Shown piece after piece: positions 48,864-57,713 of a stretch of 57,713 nucleotides of DNA. Below the pieces are notes generated by a model. That model was not told where the DNA came from and did no database searches. It saw only the letters and a program-made list of their open reading frames with translations. Each line of letters opens with the position of its first letter. Position 1 is the first letter of the stretch. Location: contig MEQK01000164.1 in assembly GCA_001770175.1 (NCBI GenBank), forward strand, positions 1 through 57,713. The letters run 5' to 3'. The position numbers and the translations under genes are program-made. The stretch comes from Bdellovibrionales bacterium RIFOXYD1_FULL_55_31. Lineage in GTDB: Bacteria; Bdellovibrionota; UBA1018.

Positions 48864-49848
48864 CTTTGCACCAGCGGTTCATGAGCTTTTGAGGAATTTT
48901 GTCGTGGTAGAGATTCGCGAGCGCCGCCGCTGTCGCGACCGGGTTTTCGATTTGCGGGCTATGGCCTACCCCTTTGAGCACGACGGCACGCACTTCGCGC
49001 CCGGAACTCTCCATCCCCGCCTTCAACCGGCTGGTCCAATGCTCGGCCATGACTGGGGGGATCAGGGTGTCTTTTTCGCCCCAAAGCAGCCAGACTCGTG
49101 AACGGATCTTTTCAACGGAATCCGCGAGAAAATGTTCATCCCTTACTGATCCCATGAATTGGTGCACTTCGGTCTTCCCGAGAAAGCTGTCGACTTCCTT
49201 CGCGAAAAACCTGAACCAGACGGGTTCTTTCCCGAATATGAACGGCCGCCAGGCCACGAGCCCATTTTCAGCAATGCGCTGAAAAACGCTCTCGAATTCC
49301 TTGCGTCGATCCGGGCTTTCGAAAAGGCCGGGCGGATCGACGAGGATGATCAGCTCAGGCCCTTGATAGTTCACGGTCCGCCCGGCTGGCCTCGTGCCCG
49401 CTCCGCAAGCCACGGCATAAAGACTCGTGAGCCAACCGCCGAGCGAATGCCCAAGAACCGTATCGGGCTTAAGCGTATCGAAAACATCACTGACGGCGTC
49501 GACGAGAAGATCCATGGAATCGAAGGCACGCTCCCGCGAAAGAAAACCGCCAAAACCCGGAAAATCCAGGAGCACCACTTCGTCGTACCGCGCGCGCAAC
49601 ACCGGGCGCAAAAGCGCGAGAATGACGAACCAGGAAAGAGAGGTGTCGCCGAACCCTGGAACGAGAACGAAGCGTTTCACATGCGGTTTCTTTTTCAGGT
49701 CGCGCCCGAAGCTTTTTCTCCAAAGTCCGATCTTGAGTTCGCCTTTACGCCGAAGCTCCCAAGTGTAACCTGTCCGCTCGAGTACCTGGCGGGCGGTCCA
49801 ATGAACGGCTCGCAACCACGGGACGCGATACTCACGAGAGACTGTCAT
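48856..49848 (-). CDS. Alpha/beta hydrolase
   Basis: VPGFGD, DFPGFG, GHSLGG nucleophile, WGEKD, GHSPQIE. Confidence 0.88.
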   Translation of the reverse strand: MTVSREYRVPWLRAVHWTARQVLERTGYTWELRRKGELKIGLWRKSFGRDLKKKPHVKRFVLVPGFGDTSLSWFVILALLRPVLRARYDEVVLLDFPGFGGFLSRERAFDSMDLLVDAVSDVFDTLKPDTVLGHSLGGWLTSLYAVACGAGTRPAGRTVNYQGPELIILVDPPGLFESPDRRKEFESVFQRIAENGLVAWRPFIFGKEPVWFRFFAKEVDSFLGKTEVHQFMGSVRDEHFLADSVEKIRSRVWLLWGEKDTLIPPVMAEHWTSRLKAGMESSGREVRAVVLKGVGHSPQIENPVATAAALANLYHDKIPQKLMNRWCKVT

Positions 49849-49928
49849 GGTTCGGTTTTACTGAAAATCCGACCAAATGCCCAGCCTCATGCTTTACTTT
49901 GACCTGATTATCGGGAAAATGGGTCTCT

Positions 49929-50867
49929 ATGACCGCGCTCCCGTTCAAAGCTGACCGAAAACTGACCGATGTGCTCTCCGAAACGAAGTTCACGGTTTCC
50001 GCCGAGGTTATCCCGCCCCGTAACGGTTCCGAACAAGGTAAAGTCCTCGCTCAAATCGACTCCTTGCGCGGCGCCGGCGCACAGTTCCTGGCCGTGACAA
50101 AGGGCGCCGGAGGAAGCCTCCGGGGAGGAAGCCTTCCGATCGCGCAGGCCATAAAAGAAAATTTCAACATCCCCTGCATCGCCCATTTCACCTGTCGGGA
50201 CCTCACCGCCTTCGATGTCGAGAATCAGCTGATTGACCATCATTACTTCGGCATACGCAACATCCTGGCTCTTCGCGGAGATCCACCGGACGGCCAACCC
50301 GAATGGCGGCCACGCGAAGGCGGCTATAGCTATGCGCATGAGCTGATTCGGCAAATCACCGCCCTGAACCGGGGTGAATACATCCCGAGACCGGGCGGCC
50401 CGGAGCGGGATGGGACGGCAACAACCGATTTCTGCATCGGCGCCGCCGTTTACCCGGAATTTCCTGACAAGATGAAGCGTCTCCAATACTTCCGGCAAAA
50501 AGTTGAAGCAGGCGCGCAGTACGGCATCACGGATATGCTGTTTGATCCAGAGGTCTATGCCCGCTTCCTGGATGATTGCGGTAAAGCCGGGATAACGATC
50601 CCGATCCTGCCTGGGACGAGGATTTTGAAATCGCGAACGCAAGCTCACAAGATGATGGCAAAGTTCCGCGTGAATCTCCCGTCCGAAGTCCTGAATATGC
50701 TTCCCGAAACAGCGACGGGACCGGAGGCCATTCCCCTGGCGACCGAACTATTTATGCGACTCGTCGAACGTCTTCGTTCCCTTGGCGCTCCCGGCATTCA
50801 TGTGTTCGTCATTTCGGACACCGATGCTGCCGTTACGGCGATCATGCGCTGCGCACTGAATCGGTAA
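49929..50867 (+). CDS. metF: 5,10-methylenetetrahydrofolate reductase
   Basis: EVIPPR, VTKGAGGS, AHFTC, NILALRGDPP, AVYPE, KVEAGA. Confidence 0.92.
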   Translation: MTALPFKADRKLTDVLSETKFTVSAEVIPPRNGSEQGKVLAQIDSLRGAGAQFLAVTKGAGGSLRGGSLPIAQAIKENFNIPCIAHFTCRDLTAFDVENQLIDHHYFGIRNILALRGDPPDGQPEWRPREGGYSYAHELIRQITALNRGEYIPRPGGPERDGTATTDFCIGAAVYPEFPDKMKRLQYFRQKVEAGAQYGITDMLFDPEVYARFLDDCGKAGITIPILPGTRILKSRTQAHKMMAKFRVNLPSEVLNMLPETATGPEAIPLATELFMRLVERLRSLGAPGIHVFVISDTDAAVTAIMRCALNR

Positions 50868-50898
50868 AGGTATCCACAAAAAATACCGATGAATCAGT

Positions 50899-51762
50899 AT
50901 GAAAAAACGTGGATTTTCGCTCGTGGAAATGACGGTGGTCCTTGCCCTGGGTGCGATCGGAATGCTCGGAGTGACGCAATTCATGAATTCATCGGCTCGC
51001 GCTCAGAAGGCCACGATGGTCAATGTCGAATTCATCAGCCTGGTCTCCTCGATCCAGTCCGTCCTGGCGAATACGACTCTTTGCAGACAAGCCTTTTATG
51101 ATTCCAGCGGAAGCGCACTGACGCTCGCGACGACAGCTGGCGCAATAACAAACGTGAACGAGATCAAAGCGCAGAACGCGTCGATCGCAAAACTTAACGA
51201 GAGCATGAACAGTTTCAAAATATCGAAACTCGCTCTCAAGACAAACTCCGCCGTGGGGACCGGCCTCTACACCGCGGATCTCGAGATGGAAGTCACGAAA
51301 ACCTCGCCCGTTCCGGGCCTTTCCGGGACGAAAACTCAAATTTTCCCGAACCTCACTCTTGGGGTCGATTCAGCGAACAAAATCACTTCGTGCGCTGCGG
51401 ATAAAGTGATCTCGGCTTCCAACATCAACAATTACATGACCAATAAGGCCAATTTCACTTACACCTACAACGGAACAAAGAAGCCGCTCTTGATCGTGAT
51501 GGAAGTTTTGCTCAGAGGATCCAACAACTGCACTTCCGGTATCGAAGCAAAGTGGTACGGCCCGGGCAGTGTCCAGGTTCGCGATTGGACGGTTCTCGCG
51601 GCAGTCGACCTTTATGATTCCCTGGGCTCCCACGGGCTGTTTCCGAACAACGTATTCCTGCTCACCATTCCTTTTATCGACGGCTCGAACTCGATCGCGT
51701 TCCGCAAGACCGGTTGCGCGAATATCTCTGACATCAATATTATTTCGGTTCTGGATCAGTAG
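50899..51762 (+). CDS. Type IV prepilin-like protein
   Basis: MKKRG/FSLVE cleavage-methylation motif followed by a hydrophobic helix. Confidence 0.85.
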   Translation: MKKRGFSLVEMTVVLALGAIGMLGVTQFMNSSARAQKATMVNVEFISLVSSIQSVLANTTLCRQAFYDSSGSALTLATTAGAITNVNEIKAQNASIAKLNESMNSFKISKLALKTNSAVGTGLYTADLEMEVTKTSPVPGLSGTKTQIFPNLTLGVDSANKITSCAADKVISASNINNYMTNKANFTYTYNGTKKPLLIVMEVLLRGSNNCTSGIEAKWYGPGSVQVRDWTVLAAVDLYDSLGSHGLFPNNVFLLTIPFIDGSNSIAFRKTGCANISDINIISVLDQ

Positions 51763-51893
51763 CTTTCAATACTTAAGATTATCGAGCGGTGGCAGTTCCT
51801 TCGGAATTCCTATGTTGTCAAAAATGACACCCTCTATTTTTGAAAATTTCGGTCTATAATTATAAGAATATCTCACTTGAATCGGGGGAACGT

Positions 51894-54800
51894 ATGGGTT
51901 TTATCTTTGGCCGTGTTTTGTCGAACTTTTGTACAGCATTTTTATTTATTTCCGTCTTAGCCGCGAATCAAGCCTCAGCGACACCGACCTTCGGGATCAA
52001 CGCTGGCGGTCCGACCTATACCACCAGCACCGGCATTGTTTATAAGGCCGATGCGCATTTCAGTGGTGGAAGAACGGCTGTTTTTACCAATACCGTTTCT
52101 GGAACTTCGGTCCCAAGGCTCTACCAAAGTGAGCGTTACGGAAACTTCTCCTATACGATCCCGGTGGATAATGGCGGTTACAGCGTGATGTTGAGGTTCG
52201 CCGAACTCTACTGGACGGCTGCCGGCAGACGCGTATTCGACGTGTCGATCAACGGCACGAGGGTCGTCAGCGGCCTCGATATTTTCGCCAGAGTCGGAAG
52301 GAATGCTCCTTATAACCTTACCTTCCCGGTGAATGTTTCAAACGGCGCCATTAACATTGTCTTCACAACGAGGGTGGATAACGCCAAAGTCAGCGCAATT
52401 CTTATCACCCCGACCTCCAGTCCGACGCCGACTCCGACAGCGACTCCAACGCCGACGGTAACACCACCGCCGCCCCTGAAGCCCTCGCTCATTTCACAGG
52501 CCGGGTGGAAATTGAAATACGTCGACAGCGTCGAATCCGTTGATCCGAAAGACGGAGACAAGGGCGGTGCAAACGCGTTCGATGGAAATCCCGCTACCTA
52601 CTGGCACACCGAATATACGAATGCCAGTCCGATGCCTCCACACGAAATCCAGGTGGACCTCGGGTCGAGCTACTCCATTTCAGGTTTCCATTATCAACCC
52701 AAGGTGGATGCGAATCCTGACATCTTGAACGGTACCATCGTTCAGTACGAGTTTTATGTCAGCACGGACGGGACGAACTGGGGTACGGCCGTGAACTCCG
52801 GCACTTTTGCAGCAGATCTAACTCAAAAGTACGTCAACTTCACGGCAAAAACCGGGCGTTATGTCCGGCTCCGTGCACTCAGGGAGATCAACGGCAATCC
52901 ATGGACGAATGTTGCCGAACTCAACGTTATGGGTCTCGCGGTCGTTTCGCCATCCCCGACTCCAACCCCAACGCCTCCTCCACCGACACCGACGCCGACA
53001 CCGACGCCGACTCCGACGGGGGGCCTGCCGCCCTTGACCGGTACGGCTTACTATGTGGCTACGACCGGAAATAATGCAAACGCCGGTACTTCAGCGAGTC
53101 CCTGGGCCTCGCTCTCGTACGCATGCAGCCGGGTGAGAAGCGCGGCGACGATCGTGATCAAAGCCGGATCGTACACCGATAACGGCCAGTGCGGACTTGC
53201 TCCGAGAGTGAACATTCGCGGCGAAGGAAAGTCCGTCACGACGATCAGGAGCAGTTACGGAGATTGGTATATCAATGCCAGCTCGAGTAACGGCACGGAC
53301 GGTGCTCAATATATCGGTGGTTTTACATTGAACGGGAATGGCCGCAGTCTCCGTCACGGAGTGCTCGTGATGGGCAGAAGCCATTTCTCGGTCATCGATA
53401 TGGATTTCCTGTCGATTGCCGACAAAGCCATTTCGATGGAAGGCTCGAGCTGGTGGAGCGGAGCTGACAGCGATTGGCCGGCCGTGCCGCCTCCCTCTTA
53501 CGGCACTGGCAATCTCATCCAGAATGTGACGATCAGGGGTTGCTCGGGACCGCACAACGGCGGCGCCCTGAATGCATCTCTCTGGATCCATTCACAGGCA
53601 GACCTGGTTCTCGACAAAGTGATCGTTGATGAAGGCGTCGGAACCGGCGGTCAAGGAAACGCGTTCAAATCCTGGCCGGGCTGGCTCAAGCACATGACCG
53701 TGAAGGACTCCGTCTTCAAGGTCAACCGTGCGAACAATTCCGAGCCGATCCCGATCGAGCTTTGGAATCTTGAAACCGATTGCGACATCTACAACAGCCA
53801 GTTTTGGGGTGGGTACCTGTCGTTGGTTTCCGGCCGCCAGAACGGCGGGACGTGGGCATTGAAATTCCATGATAATTTCGTGGATTTCACCGAAGCGGGC
53901 ACCTGGGGAGAAGGCCATGAGCTGTCGCTCAGTTATCTCGACTTCTATAACAACCATGTGACCGGTTATCCGATCAGCGTCTGGAACGCGAGCCACATGT
54001 ACAACTATCAGGGTGTGAATAACGTCCGGATTCACCATAACGTCATCGAGAAGATGGCGAGACGGGGAATTCTGGTGCTCCCTGGCGTGCCGATGGGCAC
54101 CGGTCAGGATAATATCCAGATCTACAATAACGTCGTCAGCGATATTTCATCCGCCACGTGCGGCATCCAGGTAGACGGCGGGAATTCGACCCTGACAAGG
54201 CTCAAGATCCAGAACAACATCATCCAGAACATCGGTGGCGCACCCGCCGTGCGGTTGCAGGGAGGGGGAAGCGTTGTGAGTCCGGTTGTGACCTACAACA
54301 ACTTCTTCAATGCGGGCGCGGTCAGCAACGGTGCTTCGGGAGCGACGATCAGCAGCAACAGGACCGTCGATCCGCTGTTCAGGAAGACGGGTGATTGGAA
54401 GTCCTGGTTCTCACTTCAGAGCACCAGTCCCATGATCAACGCTGGTACCAACGTGGGCTTCTCGGTCCCGGACGGTAGGCCGGATATGGGCGCTTTCGAG
54501 CTTTCAGGCACGCTGTACTTTCGTTCGGAATTTGAATCCGGGACGGTCTCGGAGTGGATCGGCGACGGGGGTGGAAATCATACGGGCGGGGGCTATGTCA
54601 CGGGAGAAAGGTCACGAACCGGACTCTATAGCTGGAAAGCTTACAACGATCCGAAGCTTCCACCGGGCGATAACATCAGCGCAAAACTTCTTCGTTGGAG
54701 ATTCGATTATGCTTCCGCTTACTATTCCGCCTGGTTTTTCTGGCCAACCGATTATCGAGTGGCCGGTGTGGCCGGACAGTACGTGAACATATTTCAGTGG

Positions 54801-55181
54801 AAAGAAAGAGCGGCTCCGTACGACCCAACCTGGGTTTTGGCAGTGAAGGAGTCGGTGACCTACCCCGGAGACGACGAAATCGTCGCGCATGACTGGCACG
54901 GCCAGAGGATTGTTAGAAACGGGATAAAGCTTCCGAAGGGCCGATGGTTTCATCTCGAAGCGTATTTAAAGACCGGACGGACGGATGGTCAGGTCAGAGT
55001 TTGGCTGGATGGTCAACAAATCTTCGATTTTACGAACGTGAATACCTCGGGAAATGCCACGAATAGCACCGGCTTCCTGATGTGGGGAGTTGGGAATTAT
55101 GGTGACGCCGGTCTAAACCAGTCCTTGTTTGTCGACGACGCGGTAGTCTCGGGTACTCGCATTTTCGGCCAGCCACAATGA
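51894..55181 (+). CDS. Secreted multidomain carbohydrate-active protein: malectin, F5/8 type C, beta-helix, polysaccharide-lyase-like jelly roll
   Basis: INAGG/LYQSERYG/FAE/GRRVFDV (malectin); AFDGN..TYWHT/VDLG/RYVRL (discoidin); beta-helix ending PDMGAFE; C-terminal NIFQWK, GRWFHLE, VWLDG, FVDD. Confidence 0.82.
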   Translation: MGFIFGRVLSNFCTAFLFISVLAANQASATPTFGINAGGPTYTTSTGIVYKADAHFSGGRTAVFTNTVSGTSVPRLYQSERYGNFSYTIPVDNGGYSVMLRFAELYWTAAGRRVFDVSINGTRVVSGLDIFARVGRNAPYNLTFPVNVSNGAINIVFTTRVDNAKVSAILITPTSSPTPTPTATPTPTVTPPPPLKPSLISQAGWKLKYVDSVESVDPKDGDKGGANAFDGNPATYWHTEYTNASPMPPHEIQVDLGSSYSISGFHYQPKVDANPDILNGTIVQYEFYVSTDGTNWGTAVNSGTFAADLTQKYVNFTAKTGRYVRLRALREINGNPWTNVAELNVMGLAVVSPSPTPTPTPPPPTPTPTPTPTPTGGLPPLTGTAYYVATTGNNANAGTSASPWASLSYACSRVRSAATIVIKAGSYTDNGQCGLAPRVNIRGEGKSVTTIRSSYGDWYINASSSNGTDGAQYIGGFTLNGNGRSLRHGVLVMGRSHFSVIDMDFLSIADKAISMEGSSWWSGADSDWPAVPPPSYGTGNLIQNVTIRGCSGPHNGGALNASLWIHSQADLVLDKVIVDEGVGTGGQGNAFKSWPGWLKHMTVKDSVFKVNRANNSEPIPIELWNLETDCDIYNSQFWGGYLSLVSGRQNGGTWALKFHDNFVDFTEAGTWGEGHELSLSYLDFYNNHVTGYPISVWNASHMYNYQGVNNVRIHHNVIEKMARRGILVLPGVPMGTGQDNIQIYNNVVSDISSATCGIQVDGGNSTLTRLKIQNNIIQNIGGAPAVRLQGGGSVVSPVVTYNNFFNAGAVSNGASGATISSNRTVDPLFRKTGDWKSWFSLQSTSPMINAGTNVGFSVPDGRPDMGAFELSGTLYFRSEFESGTVSEWIGDGGGNHTGGGYVTGERSRTGLYSWKAYNDPKLPPGDNISAKLLRWRFDYASAYYSAWFFWPTDYRVAGVAGQYVNIFQWKERAAPYDPTWVLAVKESVTYPGDDEIVAHDWHGQRIVRNGIKLPKGRWFHLEAYLKTGRTDGQVRVWLDGQQIFDFTNVNTSGNATNSTGFLMWGVGNYGDAGLNQSLFVDDAVVSGTRIFGQPQ
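52410..52475 (+). repeat. Pro/Thr linker repeat (CCGACN units)
   Basis: Encodes PTSSPTPTPTATPTPTVTPPPP. Confidence 0.8.
52947..53018 (+). repeat. Pro/Thr linker repeat (CCGACN units)
   Basis: Encodes SPSPTPTPTPPPPTPTPTPTPTPT. Confidence 0.8.
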
Positions 55182-55647
55182 AAATCCCAATTCCAACATC
55201 GCGAGCTCGACGTTTCGAAACCAAACCTTGAGATCAAGCCCCAGCTCCCTCGCCTTCGCCGTCGCTCTTTGTACTCGCGTCGGTCCCGCATTGTAGGCTG
55301 CCAGCATGAAGCGCAGCTTTTCCTCTTCGGCGAGATCTTTTTGGCCGTCGAAGAAGCTCTTCCTGATCCATGACAGATATTTCACTCCGGCGTGAATATT
55401 GTTGTCATAGTTCGGGCGATCTTCAGTTCCCCTTCTTTGATGCACTTTCGATTGAGCTGTCCGACGAATTCCCGCACCATCTCGTACTGAACGCCTTCCA
55501 TCTCGCCGCCATGAACATAATAGTCATAGGGATTTTTAGTCGTCAGGACTTTCAAATAGCGGTTTTTGATCACCCGATCCAGATCTGCTGCCAAGCAGGA
55601 ACAAGAACGCGACAATTCCGATTCTTGGAGTTCGAGCCATTCTTTGG
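55182..55647 (-). pseudogene. MltF-like lytic transglycosylase remnant with large internal deletion
   Basis: N-terminal fragment DLDRVIKNRYLKVLT..YYVHGGEMEGVQYEMVREF is joined out of frame near 55410-55420 to the SLT tail NIHAGVKYL..LAAYNAGP..WFRNVE. Confidence 0.75.
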
Positions 55648-56859
55648 TCAAGTCGTAGCGTTCAGTTTTAACCTGGTCGCCACGAAATCCGCGTCCTTGT
55701 CCCCGCGCCCTGAGAGATTGACCAGAATGGATTGCTCCGGTGACATCTGCTTCGCAAGCTTCATCGCATAGGCGACTGCATGGGCGCTTTCCAGTGCCGG
55801 AATAATCCCCTCGATGCGCGAAAGCACCATGAAGGCATCCAAGCACTCTTCGTCATCGATAGCGACATATTGAACCCGGCCGAGGTCCTTCAAATAGCAG
55901 TGCTGTGGACCGACTCCCGGATAATCGAGCCCCGAAGCAATGGAATAAACCGGCAGAGGGTTACCGTCGGCGTCCTGAAGCGTGTAGCAAACAAAACCGT
56001 GAATCGCGCCCTTGGTCCCAAGCGTCAGAGTCGCGGCATGGTCGGGAGTATCGAGGCCTCTTCCGGCGGGTTCCACACCGAAAAGCTTCACGCGTTCGTC
56101 CGGCAGGAATTCCGTAAAAATCCCGATTGCGTTCGATCCACCGCCCACGCAGGCGACGACGGCGTCGGGCAGCTTCTTTTCGCGCTCCAAGAACTGCGCG
56201 CGAGCTTCGCGCCCGACGACAGTCTGAAAATCCCGAACCATTTTCGGAAACGGATGTGGCCCCACGACCGAACCGATCGCATAGAAGAAATGGACCGGGT
56301 CTTTCATGTATTCCTCGAAAGCACTGTCAACGGCGTCCTTCAGGGTCCGGGTGCCGCGCGAGACCGGCACGACCTTTGCCCCAAGGAGCTTCATCTTCGT
56401 GACATTCGGGTGCTCCTTCGCGATATCGATTTCGCCCATGTGGATTTCGCACTCGATTCCGAGCAGTGCCGCGGCGGTGGCCAGTGCCACGCCATGCTGG
56501 CCGGCTCCCGTCTCGGCAAGCACTTTGGTTTTTCCCATGTGTTTGGCAAGCAGGACTTCGCCCAGACAATGATTGATCTTGTGCGCCCCCGTGTGATTCA
56601 GATCTTCCCGCTTGAGGTAAATACGTGCTCCGCCCTGCCTGGCCGAGAGCCTTCTCGCGTGAAAAATCGGGCTCGGACGCCCGACATAATGCGTGTACAA
56701 GTCAGTAAGCTCATCCTGAAAAGCCGGACTTTTACAAATCTGGTCATAAGTGGCATTGATCTCATCCATGACGGACTTGAGCTGCGGAGGAATGAGCTGG
56801 CCTCCATACTCGCCAAAGTAACCCTGTTGATCGGGCATCTCCAAATCCTGAATCTTCAT
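55648..56859 (-). CDS. trpB: Tryptophan synthase beta chain (no adjacent trpA)
   Basis: [68 protein letters not shown]; AGGAGA SD before ATG 56859. Confidence 0.95.
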   Translation of the reverse strand: MKIQDLEMPDQQGYFGEYGGQLIPPQLKSVMDEINATYDQICKSPAFQDELTDLYTHYVGRPSPIFHARRLSARQGGARIYLKREDLNHTGAHKINHCLGEVLLAKHMGKTKVLAETGAGQHGVALATAAALLGIECEIHMGEIDIAKEHPNVTKMKLLGAKVVPVSRGTRTLKDAVDSAFEEYMKDPVHFFYAIGSVVGPHPFPKMVRDFQTVVGREARAQFLEREKKLPDAVVACVGGGSNAIGIFTEFLPDERVKLFGVEPAGRGLDTPDHAATLTLGTKGAIHGFVCYTLQDADGNPLPVYSIASGLDYPGVGPQHCYLKDLGRVQYVAIDDEECLDAFMVLSRIEGIIPALESAHAVAYAMKLAKQMSPEQSILVNLSGRGDKDADFVATRLKLNATT

Positions 56860-56907
56860 GATCTCTCCTGGATATCGTGCGGTCACTAGTGCTGAGCCTG
56901 GAAATTC

Positions 56908-56996
56908 TGGTGCCGAGGGCCGGAATCGAACCGGCACGGGTCTTTCGACCCCCAGGATTTTAAGTCCTGTGCGTCTACCAATTTCGCCACCCCGGC
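56908..56996 (-). tRNA. tRNA-Leu (TAA)
   Basis: Reverse complement GCCGGGGTGGCGAAATTGGTAGACGCA-CAGGA-CTTAAAA-TCCTG, long variable arm, GGTTCGATTCC, ACCA end. Confidence 0.97.
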
Positions 56997-57002
56997 GGGT
57001 GC

Positions 57003-57030
57003 TTTGTAGTTGAGCATAAACCAGCGTCAA
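57003..57030 (-). promoter_or_regulatory. Putative sigma70 promoter of tRNA-Leu
   Basis: TTGACG-N16-TACAAA on the minus strand just upstream of the tRNA. Confidence 0.4.
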
Positions 57031-57075
57031 TTTCAAGGCAGCGTTCAATCCCCTACCCGGGTGCATCTCACAGCA

Positions 57076-57713
57076 TTAACGGGTTAAGGATTTCGCCTTC
57101 AACACTTCTTTTCCGCGCTCAATGAGCGGATTAGAAACCCACGCTCTCTGGTTGAGAAGATCAACCGTTTGAACCTGTTTGAGCGCGGCTCCCAAGGAAG
57201 TGCCCGGCTTTTTTAACGCCAAACGTACGCCTTCCGAAAATGCTCCCACGATGTATTCGGCCCTGAACGGCCAATCAAAAGGCGGACCACCTTCGAACGG
57301 ACTTGGAATCCAGATCTGGTGAATACTCGTGCCGCGAACATTATCCACAACCAACGCGTTATGACTGTTCACATGCGCTTTCTTGAGCTTTGCAGCTTCC
57401 TGCCCCCTGCCGTTCCTCGTAGTGCGGTCCAATTGAACATTCGCCGCCCGCTCACCAAGCGGACGCACGGGTTTGATCACATCGCTCCGGCTGCTGAACG
57501 GGTCCAAATTGAATCGGATTTCCCCGCTCGGAATCAGCCTGCCTTGGATGCGATGAAATAGCGGCTCATTTTTTCCAGGAACCCGGATCGCTTTCAGGAT
57601 GGCCCGATTGCGATCATTGCTCCCCGCGCTAAAGAAGTGGATCTGGATTCCCTTCTTTTCCAAATACATCAAGCTTTCGACCATGCCCGGAAGGATTTCG
57701 TAATTCTGGACCT
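57076..57713 (-). CDS. HAD-like hypothetical protein (5' end outside the window)
   Basis: Frame open to the window edge. ILPGMVESL..LEKKGIQIHFFSAG and ALVVDN resemble HAD motifs II and IV. Confidence 0.5.
   Translation of the reverse strand, partial: VQNYEILPGMVESLMYLEKKGIQIHFFSAGSNDRNRAILKAIRVPGKNEPLFHRIQGRLIPSGEIRFNLDPFSSRSDVIKPVRPLGERAANVQLDRTTRNGRGQEAAKLKKAHVNSHNALVVDNVRGTSIHQIWIPSPFEGGPPFDWPFRAEYIVGAFSEGVRLALKKPGTSLGAALKQVQTVDLLNQRAWVSNPLIERGKEVLKAKSLTR

Noticed and set aside
52410-53018. CCGAC tandem repeats as CRISPR or VNTR
   Set aside because: In-frame Pro/Thr linkers with varied third positions and no spacers.
55780-56889. 369-aa plus-strand ORF
   Set aside because: Antisense shadow of trpB with no motifs; the same applies to other long antisense ORFs such as 37543-38478 and 241-1029.
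34455-56996. Integrated element bounded by the two tRNAs
   Set aside because: The interval contains core genes (tyrS, metH, metF); no integrase or att repeat was seen.
56860-57066. N-terminal extension of the trpB ORF
   Set aside because: It runs through tRNA-Leu; the SD and homology begin at 56859.

Overview
Mostly chromosomal core DNA from a GC-rich diderm bacterium. The mix of lone pilin-like genes, many secreted HEXXH proteins, a subtilase, a 3D-domain protein and a REC-PilZ protein suggests Bdellovibrionota, but that is inference. In order, the window holds: a 5'-truncated methionine gamma-lyase; an iorA-iorB-acyl-CoA synthetase-MMPL operon (minus); a radical SAM gene and an Aur1/IPC-synthase-like PAP2 gene; a Moco riboswitch leading moaA-moaCB-moeA-moaD-moaE-mobA, with a convergent moeB; split coaC/coaB; ChaN-like and V4R-like proteins; a lipoprotein with a sigma54 promoter; a 942-aa N6-DNA-methyltransferase-fold protein with both catalytic motifs destroyed; a block of secreted proteins; lnt, pduO and tRNA-Gly; and a beta-helix lipoprotein. 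Next is a tightly coupled 11.6 kb operon: metH, a MesB-like core methionine synthase, a GT2+methyltransferase fusion, a GT87+dead-GT2+YdjC fusion, a GT-C transferase and tyrS. The window ends with metF, a prepilin-like gene, a malectin/F5-8/beta-helix/lyase multidomain protein, an mltF deletion remnant, an orphan trpB, tRNA-Leu and a partial HAD-like gene. Best candidates for an undescribed system are the methionine-coupled lipid-linked sugar modification operon and the dead methyltransferase scaffold. No CRISPR array, integrase or transposase was seen. All family calls come from recalled motifs, not database searches.
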